This document shows positions 9,439 through 19,177 of a stretch of DNA of 32,000 nt, piece after piece; the stretch's first letter is position 1, and the number at the start of each line of letters is the position of its first letter. This DNA comes from a cyanobacterium endosymbiont of Epithemia turgida isolate EtSB Lake Yunoko (GTDB taxonomy: Bacteria; Cyanobacteriota; Cyanobacteriia; Cyanobacteriales; Microcystaceae). The notes below the pieces were generated by a model. It saw nothing but the letters and a program-made list of their open reading frames with translations. It did not search any database and was not told the origin of the DNA. A program made the translations under genes and the position numbers. The DNA lies in NCBI RefSeq assembly GCF_000829235.1, contig NZ_AP012549.1, positions 1,890,001 to 1,922,000 of the forward strand, in the 5' to 3' direction.

Positions 9439-10326
9439 ATGCAGCAAGTCCGTAACCATTATGCTATTCTAGGAGTCCCTCAAAATGCTACTAGTGAGGA
9501 GGTGAAGAAGTCCTTTCGGAAATTGGCACGACAGTACCATCCTGATGTTAATCCAGAGGATAAGACTGCTGAGGAGAAGTTTAAAGATATAAATGAAGCC
9601 TATAATACCCTCTCGGATCAGACCAAGCGCGCTGAATACGATTTACAACTTTTTGGCAAAGAGAAACGTCGTTCTAGTCTTGGACGGGGTACAATCCCCC
9701 GCAACGATAATGTTAGGAATAGTTACTATCGTCAAGACTCCGATTTCTGGAAGTTTAAAAATTTTAGCCCAGGAAACAGCAAACGGATTAAAGTCGTTAA
9801 GCCTTCTCATTCAGGACGACGGGATGTAGAAGCTAAGTTGAATTTACCCTTAGAAAAGGCTTATCAGGGTGGACGCGAACGTATTCGCCTTGAAGATGGG
9901 CGATCATTAGAAGTAGAAATGCCCTCAGGAATGATTGATGGGCAAAAAATTCGCCTCAAAGGACAGGGACTCGATGGGGGAGATCTTTATTTAAAAATTT
10001 CCCTAGCAACTCATCCGTATTTTACGTTGCAAGGCATGGATATTTTTTGTCGTATTCCCGTTACTCCTAGTGAAGCTATTTTGGGGGAAGCCATCGAAAT
10101 TCCCACCATTGATGGGTTGGTCAAAATGACGGTTCCTAAAGGAGTCCGTTCAGGTCAACGGTTACGTTTAGCTAATAAAGGATATCCTGATGGCAATGGT
10201 AGTCGAGGAGACCAATTAGTAGAAATTCAGATTGCTATTCCCTCAGAAATTAATGAAGAAGACTTAGAACTCTATAAAAAAATTCGCGAAAGAGAAACAT
10301 TCAATCCGCGCCATAATTTTTTTTAA
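9439..10326 (+). CDS. dnaJ: DnaJ-family co-chaperone lacking the zinc-finger domain (type II/CbpA-like; DnaJ3-like partner of DnaK3)
   Basis: The J domain reads YAILGV...YHPDVNPE..AEEKFK.INEAY..LSD. There is no CxxCxGxG repeat. The C-terminal substrate-binding domain reads GRDVEAKLNLPLEKAYQGG...GDLYLKI...G..L.L...G. The track begins at TTG 9424. I prefer ATG 9439 (MQQVRNHYAILGV) as the typical J-domain start. Confidence 0.85.
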   Translation: MQQVRNHYAILGVPQNATSEEVKKSFRKLARQYHPDVNPEDKTAEEKFKDINEAYNTLSDQTKRAEYDLQLFGKEKRRSSLGRGTIPRNDNVRNSYYRQDSDFWKFKNFSPGNSKRIKVVKPSHSGRRDVEAKLNLPLEKAYQGGRERIRLEDGRSLEVEMPSGMIDGQKIRLKGQGLDGGDLYLKISLATHPYFTLQGMDIFCRIPVTPSEAILGEAIEIPTIDGLVKMTVPKGVRSGQRLRLANKGYPDGNGSRGDQLVEIQIAIPSEINEEDLELYKKIRERETFNPRHNFF

Positions 10327-10509
10327 ACGAATTATAAAAATTGCTCACTAATTAGCCAGTTTAAATCCAAAATAATTAATAATCATCACTTATATCAGAT
10401 TTATTAGAGTTATCGAAGTATCTATGATATACAAGACAATAAAGCTATTTTGCAAATGTACTCTTAAACTAAAATTACACTTTCTGTTAGAACATATAGA
10501 GCAAGCTTT

Positions 10510-11703
10510 ATGGATACTAAAATCTTTAAACGTTCATTGCAACAATCCGAACACTACCATCGTGAAGGATTTGGCTATGGGTCAAAAATCATGAGCATTC
10601 TGAATGCCGAGTATCAGAGTTCTTTGATTCAACAAATCCGTCAAAATAACCATCGATGGCAAGAGGGAAAAGTAACGATTCACCTAGCGAAAGCATTTGG
10701 ATTTTGTTGGGGGGTTGAACGGGCTGTTGCGATGGCTTATGAAACCCGTCAACATTTTCCTAATAAACGTATTTGGATTACTAATGAAATTATTCATAAT
10801 CCTTCTGTTAATCAACGACTTCTAGAGATGAACGTAGGTTTTATCGAAGTGATTGGTAATCATAAAGATTTTTCTATAGTTAAAAAAGAAGATGTAGTTA
10901 TCTTTCCAGCTTTTGGAGCAAGTGTTACCGAAATGCAACTTTTAAATGATAAAGGTTGCACTATTGTAGATACTACTTGTCCTTGGGTTTCTAAAGTTTG
11001 GAATTCTGTGGAAAAGTACAAAAAACGTCATTATACTTCCATTATTCATGGCAAATATCTTCATGAAGAGACTGTTGCTACTAGTTCATTTGCAGGGAAT
11101 TATTTAGTAGTTTTAAATATAGAACAAACTAACTATGTCTGCAACTATATCCTTAATGGAGGAAACAAAGAAGATTTTTTAGATAAGTTTAAGAATGCCC
11201 ATTCACCAGGATTTAATCCTAATTCTAATTTAGAAAAGTTAGGGATTGCTAATCAGACAACTATGTTGAAAAGTGAAACAGAACAAATTAGTGAGATTTT
11301 TAAACAAACAATTATCAAAAAATATGGAATAGATCATTTAGATGACCATTTTATGAGTTTTAATACAATCTGTAACGCCACTCAAGAACGTCAAGATGCT
11401 ATGTTACAATTGGTTAAACAAAAGTTAGACTTAATGGTAGTTATTGGAGGGTTCAATTCTTCTAATACTACTCATTTGCAAGAAATCGCTATCGAACGAC
11501 GAATTCCATCGTATCATATTGATAATGCTACTCGTATAAAACCGAACAATACCATTGAACATAAACCTTTAGGTCGAGACTTGGAATTGAAAAAAAATTG
11601 GCTACAAGACGGTTCTATTATTGTTGGTATTACTTCTGGAGCATCTACTCCAGATATTGTTGTAGAGGCGGTTATTAATAAGATATGTGCCGCCAAAAAT
11701 TAG
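10510..11703 (+). CDS. ispH: 4-hydroxy-3-methylbut-2-enyl diphosphate reductase (IspH/LytB)
   Basis: The ORF is 397 aa. The three cluster-ligand Cys contexts typical of IspH are present: [31 protein letters not shown]. The length is the cyanobacterial long form. Confidence 0.93.
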   Translation: MDTKIFKRSLQQSEHYHREGFGYGSKIMSILNAEYQSSLIQQIRQNNHRWQEGKVTIHLAKAFGFCWGVERAVAMAYETRQHFPNKRIWITNEIIHNPSVNQRLLEMNVGFIEVIGNHKDFSIVKKEDVVIFPAFGASVTEMQLLNDKGCTIVDTTCPWVSKVWNSVEKYKKRHYTSIIHGKYLHEETVATSSFAGNYLVVLNIEQTNYVCNYILNGGNKEDFLDKFKNAHSPGFNPNSNLEKLGIANQTTMLKSETEQISEIFKQTIIKKYGIDHLDDHFMSFNTICNATQERQDAMLQLVKQKLDLMVVIGGFNSSNTTHLQEIAIERRIPSYHIDNATRIKPNNTIEHKPLGRDLELKKNWLQDGSIIVGITSGASTPDIVVEAVINKICAAKN

Positions 11704-11755
11704 ATATTTACTCAAAACTAGTGATTACTTTTATTATCTTTAACTAAGATATTCT

Positions 11756-11781
11756 CAGTTATCAGTTTTCACTGGTAACTG
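11756..11781 (+). terminator. Possible ispH terminator hairpin (weak)
   Basis: CAGTTATCAG-ttttca-CTGGTAACTG forms a 10-bp stem with one G.U pair, 53 nt after the ispH stop. No clear T tract follows. Confidence 0.3.
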
Positions 11782-11824
11782 GCACTTTAAATTATGTAAA
11801 TTAATACTCCAGTATCTTAAACTA

Positions 11825-12422
11825 ATGGCTGATTAATTAAAATTAGTAATTGGTGACGTTAATTGGACTCTAAAAAGAGGAGGATAACTAAGTTGAATAG
11901 GAAAAATAGCTCAGAAAATAAAGCTTTGCAAACTAATTAGTCGCTTATTGATACCATTAGAAAGATTAGCCTCCAATTTCGTTATTTAAAATATAGCTAT
12001 TCTACCCTAAAAAACTAATATTTACTAGTTTAAATATACCCCAATTAATCAATTTAGTATAAAATTTATATCAATTTTGATGGCAATGAAAATTGAATAT
12101 AAAAGATCGATAAATAGTAAATAAAATAATTGAGGAAACGTAACTAAAAAACTTGATTGTTTTCTCCCTCACTAAGTTATCATAGAAAGAAGAGCAATAG
12201 ATATTTTAAGCTTTAATATTGGCACAAAATCCCTGGTCTAATTATTTAGATGAATCCATTAGTTATTTGAGTAGTCACTCTTAATTTCAATTGTCATAAT
12301 TACTCAAGAGACTTCAACGCGATTGCAACTTAACCATTATTACTGTTTTACATGATATTCATTTAGCCGTTCATTACAGTAATCGCCTAGCTATTCTCAA
12401 ACAAGGAAAACTTTATATATAA
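11825..12422 (+). pseudogene. Decayed ABC-transporter ATP-binding protein, FepC/FecE/FhuC (iron-siderophore/cobalamin) type
   Basis: The frame from 11825 reads MAD*LKLVIGDVNWTLKRGG*LS*IGKIAQKIKLCKLISRLLIPLERL. This is colinear with ...DV...L..GE...IGPNGxGKSTLL..LSRL..P, with Walker A destroyed and one codon missing. After a frameshift the frame 12162-12422 reads FSLTKLS*KEEQ*IF*ALILAQNPWSNYLDESISYLSSHS*FQLS*LLKRLQRDCNLTIITVLHDIHLAVHYSNRLAILKQGKLYI*. That stretch is colinear residue-for-residue with E. coli FepC [32 protein letters not shown]..HQ...L..L....G.T...VLHDLN.A..Y......L..GK. There are at least 8 in-frame stops. Confidence 0.75.
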
Positions 12423-12907
12423 TATATTGTTCTATTAACGTCTTAAAACCACATATTTAAAAAGATATTTTCATAATTAAAATTACTATCATAAAAACTC
12501 TTATTAGGCTGCAAATTTATTATCTAAATTTTTGATTAATTATTTCACTTAATTTATAAAAAAATAGTTATAATTCATCGCTTTTAAATGGTTATTTTGA
12601 TAAAAATTTTTATTTTATTTTTTAAAATTTAATTTTAAATATATTTATAATAAAGTTATTCCTTCATGTTATGGACATAAAATCTTATTAATTAGATAAA
12701 ATAAAATTAGTTGAAATTATGTGAATCAGTCTATCATAAAATTATAAAAAATTTAAGAATTTTTCTATATATTTTTAGTAACAAACATTCCTTAGGTTAT
12801 AAAAAAATATTGGTCTAAAATATGCTATATCTAAGTTAAAACAATTTCAAATTAATGCTTTAACAACAAAAATTAAAAGCCGGTAAAGTTTAATATAAAT
12901 CAGTTAA

Positions 12908-12955
12908 TAAATTGTTTAAATTATTAACATTTATTCTCAATATTTAAACAATTTA
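12908..12955. repeat. 14-bp perfect inverted repeat (hairpin), 20-nt spacer
   Basis: TAAATTGTTTAAAT (12908-12921) pairs with ATTTAAACAATTTA (12942-12955). All-AT apart from one G-C pair. A repeat of this length is borderline by chance at this composition. Confidence 0.5.
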
Positions 12956-13063
12956 ATCAGGATACAATATAGGTAAAGCAGGAGATTTATTAACTACATT
13001 TAATATTAAAAATATTGCTCCTAACTTTCAATAAAACTCTCCCGTTGGTAGATATATTAGGTT

Positions 13064-13101
13064 TTATATATCAAGATTTTAATGAAAATTTTGATATATA
13101 A
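13064..13101. repeat. 17-bp inverted repeat (one G.T wobble) with tetraloop AATG
   Basis: TTATATATCAAGATTTT (13064-13080) pairs with AAAATTTTGATATATAA (13085-13101). Confidence 0.6.
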
Positions 13102-14134
13102 TTAAGTATTTGTAGAATTAAATAAATATTTTTTTAAAAATTTATTGATATTTTTTTTAAGACTGACAAGTTTTTTAGCTTATTATTTAAAATATTTTTC
13201 CCGATGATTTAATTAAACATTAACTTGTTTCATCAGATGGTATCAAATGTAACAACTATACCCTCTGAAAAGAACATAGGAAGTTTAACTAAAAATAATG
13301 ATTTAAATTTTTTTATTTTACTAAGAAAATTACAATAGTTCGATAAAACCTCTTCTATCACATCAAATATTTCATTACACTCATGAATTCAAGGCTCATA
13401 TACTAACGTTCATCATTTATATGCTGACTTTAATTTTTTAAAGCAAGTTGGCAAGTATTTTCTAGATAATTACTAGAAAAATTTTCTTTCTATAAAACTA
13501 TCCGCTATTATCTTAATTCCAATAAAATCTTTTATATTTTTAATTCAATTTTTGTAAAATAAATTAAGCTATTTTTTATTTATTTTTATAGTTTAATTAC
13601 ATATTTTTTCTATTAATAAGTTGATAAATATAAAAATATATTACTATTCATAGCCATAATTTACAATATCTATTTACCTTTTATTGTGAGTAAATTTTCT
13701 AAAAAAATTTAGTGTTAAATCTATTTATTACTACTCCTGCTTATAGTAATTTATTGACAATAATATTATTGAGTTTTCCAAGATAGATACCAACCTAGTT
13801 AAAACTTTCTTATCCTAGATTTATAACTATTTTTTTGTAAATTCTTGTTTCTATAATTTCTACGTTCACTTCTTTATCTAAGTCTACCAACACTATATAA
13901 TAATTTACTTCGTTCAAACCCAAAATAATTCTATCGATTGCTTATGGTTTCGATGTTTAATTTTTTTTATTTATAATTATTTACCTATATTTTAAATAAT
14001 TATTTCTATTACTTTTCACTTGTTTTTTTATAACTATATTATTTGTATTATTACTCAACAAGTCTTAAATAATATTCAATTTATATATTTCAGTATCTGT
14101 TTTTTGGGTTTCAAGTAAACTTAACTATTTATTT

Positions 14135-14184
14135 TATTTCTATCAAGAGAGATCGTTGTCAAACGAAATCTCTTGATAGAAATA
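14135..14184. repeat. 50-nt near-perfect palindrome: 16-bp stem, 2x2 internal loop, 5-bp stem, tetraloop
   Basis: TATTTCTATCAAGAGA (14135-14150) pairs with TCTCTTGATAGAAATA (14169-14184). The inner stem is TCGTT/AACGA around loop GTCA. It sits in ORF-free AT-rich DNA. Confidence 0.7.
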
Positions 14185-14971
14185 GGATTATCTGTCCAGG
14201 AAAAATTTATCATACTTTATTCATTGTTTTAATGAAGTTTATTGGTAGTTGAAGCACAGTCAATATAATTTTTTATTTGTTCTCTTTCTTAAAAAAATAA
14301 AACTCTTATCTATTTTAGATTTTAACAATGGTAATAGTTATTTTAAAAAACCTAATAACCTTATTCATTAAACTAAGTAAAATATTTAATGTCATCAATA
14401 TAAATAGAAATATTGAGTTTTGTATAATTTTATTTACAATAAAATTTACCGTGACAACATTAATATAATTAAGTATCTTTGATGAGCTATTTATTTATAA
14501 AAAAACCTTATTGAAGATTATTCCATAACAGATTATGTCGAACTCTCAATCCTGAATATTTAGTGTTTTTAAGTTAAAAGTTTTTCAGTTAAAATTAGTT
14601 AGTTCTATAGTGTCAAGTGTCTGACAATAGTTATTAAAAAATATTAAAATATTTACAGATGCCTTAAATAAAAATGTATCTTTATAAATCTCTAGGACCT
14701 TAATTGAATAAGGACCTTAAAAAAAAATTATATTTTACTTTAACAAGATATCAAAATTTCTTAATTGAATTTATGGGAAGATTTCTCAGATCACAGTAGA
14801 ATAAAGAAGGACGCATAGCAAAAGTCATTAGAGTCAAGGATTATTTAGACCCCTATACCAAGTTCACAGGTGGAATTCTACTTGTTGTTGGAGTTTAGAA
14901 TAAAGAGTCTATCCTAACCTACACTTCGACTGCTATAAAGTTCAGAGTGCAGATTGATCAGGAGGTGCGGA

Positions 14972-15184
14972 ATGACAGTTTTAAGTGCAAGGCGGCCAGA
15001 TATTTCAGCGTTAACGAAAGAGGAGGTCGCAGATTTAGCTAAGCGATTAGAACAAGATGATTATAGTAACCCTTTTGACGCCCTCAATGACTGGCATTTA
15101 CTGAGAGCGATAGCTTTTCAGTGCCAAGAATTGGCTGAACCCTATCTATATCTACTCGACATTGAAGCCTATGATGAAGCCTAA
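14972..15184 (+). CDS. Small conserved cyanobacterial protein (70 aa; I recall this family as DUF2555-like, unverified)
   Basis: MTVLSARRPDISALTKEEVADLAKRLEQDDYSNPFDALNDWHLLRAIAFQCQELAEPYLYLLDIEAYDEA. A strong SD AGGAGG (14960-14965) lies 6 nt before ATG 14972; the track start TTG 14954 is less likely. GC content is normal within an AT-rich surround. A terminator follows. Confidence 0.8.
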   Translation: MTVLSARRPDISALTKEEVADLAKRLEQDDYSNPFDALNDWHLLRAIAFQCQELAEPYLYLLDIEAYDEA

Positions 15185-15242
15185 TTATCTTAGATCGTTT
15201 TAGGTATTAACACCTTAATTTAGTAACCATCAGGCAGCCACC

Positions 15243-15269
15243 GCACTACAATCGTAGTGTGTTTTTTTT
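15243..15269 (+). terminator. Rho-independent terminator of the 70-aa gene
   Basis: GCACTAC-aatc-GTAGTGT forms the stem-loop, followed by G and T8 (15262-15269), 59 nt after the stop codon. Confidence 0.65.
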
Positions 15270-17201
15270 ATTTCTTCTCTTTTTTTTATTACTATTTCTA
15301 AGTTCTGTTACCTTCATTTTAAGTAAATTGGTAATTTTTAAAATAAACTAAAATAATTTATACCCTTGTATAATCTAGTTTTATAAACTCAATATTAGTT
15401 CCAATAAAATCCTCATTGTGATGTCATTGATGGGCTAATTATTTTGATAAACTGAAAGTATTCTCAGGTTCTAATTTTTTATAAATGGACTTTTATGGGA
15501 ATTATAAAAAATTAGTTTTAGCTCTAGATAAAAATTTTTATTATTCACTATGAATTATTTAATTTCAAATAATTAGATTTAAAATAAAATTAAATAATTC
15601 AAATAAGCTCTTTTAAAGAGATTAATATATCACATTTTTAATCTCTATTTTACGGTTATAAGTTTAATATTTAAGAAATTTAAACGAGTATTTTATAGTT
15701 ATTTTAACTAATTTTTTCTATTACCCCATTACTTTTTTATACTAGTCTAATTGCTTTAGTTACTAGGGGGTTTTTAAAAAGAATTTCTAATATAGTTGTT
15801 GTTCCTAGTTCAGTGATTGTTACGCTGTTTTCAGCAACAAAGTAAAAAAAACATCTGAGCTACAAAAAATATTTAAATGATAGTTTAACTAATAACTTTA
15901 AAAAGTTATATAACTCAGCTTAAAGTAGATAAAATAACATCATTTTTATAATTATTACTCATATTATTAGCAACATTTATATAAAATTATACTGTTTATT
16001 TACTATGTAAATATTTTATGAATTTGTTATAGATACTCCTCAATAATATCATTAAACGAGTTAATTTTTTCTGAATAAATTTAAATTTAATTTCTATAAA
16101 ATTAATCAATTAACCCCTAGAAGTAAAAAACAAAATTCCCCTGAGTAGTTTAAAGCATGATCTTTAATTGAAAAAAATCGGAAAATATCTCCATCAAGCT
16201 CAAATTTATAACCTCCATCATATTATTCAAGACCCAGCTGGAAGTCTGTAACAATTATAAAATAAACTAAGAACAACAAATATCTCTAAAACAGAATATA
16301 TTTAAAACTTAAACCTGTTAACCGATAAAATTCAAATATAATAGGAACAATTAAATATTCTAATTAAAAATTTAAGCTATTTTAGACTGAGTCTAATTAA
16401 CTAGTGGCTAATAACTTCTGTAATTATTATTATTACTGTATTCTGTAACTACAAAGATATAATTTATAGAAAAATAGAATTTTTAAAATATTGAAGGTAT
16501 TACAAAACGAAACACTCAGTATTTTTTTATTATAATTCTGTTACAGATAGTTTATAAGAGTTATTATTAATATAATTAGCTCTCTATTAAAAGAGAATAT
16601 TTTTTATATTACATGTCAAAGACAATAAGTTATTTGCCAATAATAAATAAATTTTAATGCTAAAGAGCAATAATATTACTTGATTATTTTTTTAATTTTA
16701 TTAGTACTTGTTTATACTGAATTTATATAAAAAAAATTTAGTAGTTATTAATAGAACAACTCTGATATTAACTGATATCTTGAATTTTTAATTTTTTAAA
16801 ATATTCCAAAATATAGTTAACAACTATACTGACAATAATAATAATTTCAACTCAATTTGTTTTATGTTTATCTCTGGTAAATCATTCACATAATAATAAA
16901 AACGGGAGTAAAATTAAAATAAAAGCGAATATTTTTATAAAAACCCTCAACTTATTGGTAAATTTTGGGTTTTTTAATTACTTGGCTATAAAGAAAATAA
17001 GTTGTGTTTTGCAATGGTAACTTTAAGTGTGAAAAAATTGAACAGGCTATGTTAGTTAGAAATAGAGATAAATTTAGAGAGAAAGTTAGCTGGAAAGTTA
17101 TAACTGTTTAAAAATTGATGTTACTCACTCTAATAATGCTCAACTTAACTAGATTTTATTCTCTTTTAAGAAATTGAAAGAATATAACTACTTCAGGGTT
17201 C

Positions 17202-17238
17202 TAATAATTAGATTTTTATTTAAAAAATCTAATTATTA
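17202..17238. repeat. 16-bp perfect inverted repeat with 5-nt loop
   Basis: TAATAATTAGATTTTT (17202-17217) pairs with AAAAATCTAATTATTA (17223-17238). Confidence 0.6.
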
Positions 17239-17703
17239 TTTTATTTATATTGCACCACAAAAATTTATTATTAAAACTACTAATTATTCAAATATTGCTA
17301 TAATTATAGCTTATAAAAACATTGCCTTTTATCCAAAAAGATAGTCTTAATTAAGTCAATCTAACCCTTATAGTAATTGATAATACTAATCCAGCTATAA
17401 AAACTGTAGCAATAGCAGAGCTCGTTAAGCAAGATGTAGTGATACTAAAAATATAATTAGCCTCAAAATTTATTGTTTTTATGATTCAGTATTAACACTA
17501 AAAATTTTTTTGTCTACTGGTTAAAACCGGGCATTAAAAAATATATTTAACAGACGTTCTTGATTGTCCTTTACTTTAGAATATTCTAGGAATTAAAGTT
17601 ATTTTTTTTATTAGAGGTTCAGCACTTTTCTACTCTCGATAGTTCAAAGAAATGTAAAAATTATAACAATAGTTTGATTAGGAGTTTAGAAAATTTAGTT
17701 AAA

Positions 17704-17910
17704 TCAATAACTTGTTGTGTTCCTGATGCAATTACGAGATAAATCCATTGAAAACATCGAACTCTAGTTTAGTTTTTTCTCTAAAATATTTTTTTTTGCG
17801 AAGCCGAAGAAAAGATCTTAGTTAATAATCAAGCCTTTTCGTCTCACCCAATTGAGTTTAAATTGATTATCAGAATCTCCAACTGGATGTTTTTCGATCA
17901 CAAGCGGGTC
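17704..17910 (-). pseudogene. Protein-like 69-codon frame with two internal stops; product unknown (gene relic)
   Basis: The minus-strand translation is DPLVIEKHPVGDSDNQFKLNWVRRKGLIIN*DLFFGFAKKNILEKKLN*SSMFSMDLSRNCIRNTTSY*. Amino-acid diversity and local GC content are higher than in the surrounding tract. I could not assign a family. Confidence 0.3.
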
Positions 17911-18074
17911 TTAACCTGTCTTTAATAAACTTTTAGCTTTCTTTAATTTTTTAGACTATTTCCGGAGATTGATGATAATTAACTATTTTAGTTTCGTGCT
18001 TAAGTCTTAAGTGCGCTTTTATCCTGATATTCAAATATTACAGCGGATACCTACGGTTTGATGAATTCTGCTTG

Positions 18075-18147
18075 CTCGTTGATAGCACAGGGCTACCCGC
18101 GCGGAAGTAGGGATTTTCACGCCCACTATTGTCGAGTTTAGTTTTTT
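18075..18147 (+). terminator. GC-rich compound hairpin followed by a T tract: orphan intrinsic terminator or small structured RNA
   Basis: The outer helix pairs CTCGTTGATAG (18075-18085) with CTATTGTCGAG (18126-18136): 8 Watson-Crick pairs, 2 G.U pairs and 1 U.U mismatch. Inner helices are GGGC/GCCC (18090-93/18121-24) and CCC/GGG (18096-98/18110-12). TTTAGTTTTTT follows at 18137-18147. This local GC-rich block sits inside an ORF-free tract of about 4 kb. Confidence 0.45.
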
Positions 18148-18640
18148 GATCAATCAATATATTTGTATCTTATCCAAGATCCGATAACATAACAAAATAT
18201 TCTAAATTTAGAGTCTTATTTATTAAATTTATTTAAACATTTGACACCAGAAGTATCAATAAAATAAGTATACCTAATATAGCAAAATTTAATTTGTATA
18301 TAAAATTTAATGTGATATAGTTCATATTATAATTGTTTTAATAAAATTTTTCTTGTATTTAATAGTATTGTTGCTCACTTTTCATTCAAGCTTTTTATAT
18401 AAATTTTAGGGGATTGATATTAATAATCAATTTCAAAAAGTCCTGATCAATCTAAAGACTTTTAAATAATTTATATTATTTTTGTTTTTACTATAAATAT
18501 TTATTATTAATGACTTTTAGATATCTCTTATTAGAGGTGGTTACAAACAGATAGTATAATTAGAGTGAGGTCACTAAGTCAGTCTAAAAAAAATAATTGT
18601 TATCCAAGTTTTATCTTGCCCATATTTTAACAATAAATAG

Positions 18641-18678
18641 CTAACAACTATTCTCTCTTTAGAGAGAATAGTTGTTAG
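18641..18678. repeat. 17-bp perfect inverted repeat with tetraloop TTTA
   Basis: CTAACAACTATTCTCTC (18641-18657) pairs with GAGAGAATAGTTGTTAG (18662-18678). No gene lies within 500 bp. Confidence 0.7.
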
Positions 18679-19115
18679 AAACCCTTTAATATACTAGGGT
18701 AGGGAAATGGAATAGCTATCTTGAGTAGTCATAAAATTACTAAAACTTTATCTACAATACAAGAGTATTTAGTTAAAAAAATTGATAATTAAACCTCTAT
18801 TAAATAGAAAGTACTTACAATTATTGCCAATAAAAGAAAAAAATAAGAAACCGTCTATCAATTTTTGAAAAAATGTGAGTACTATTGAGATAAATCCATA
18901 GTAAAGTTATATGTTTTATATTTCTTTTTCAACCCGTATTGTAAATAAAACCAATACTTCAGAAGTATTTTTTAATATGTCCTGTTTGAGTTAACTAAAT
19001 AATGATTTTAGTTTAAATTATTTTTTCCCAAGAGTCTACTATGGCTGGAAATAATCCTAAAATAAAGTTAATTATTAAGACAATAGTAAACTAATGAAAA
19101 TTAAATTATATGCAA

Positions 19116-19169
19116 AAATAACTGAAAACTATATTTATGGTCCACTATAAATATAGTTTTCAGTTATTT
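19116..19169 (-). terminator. 23-bp perfect hairpin immediately downstream of the DUF1460-like gene (probable terminator)
   Basis: AAATAACTGAAAACTATATTTAT (19116-19138) pairs with ATAAATATAGTTTTCAGTTATTT (19147-19169), with loop GGTCCACT. The structure starts 8 nt after the TAG stop at 19178-19180 on the minus strand. Confidence 0.55.
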
Positions 19170-19177
19170 GAAGTAGG

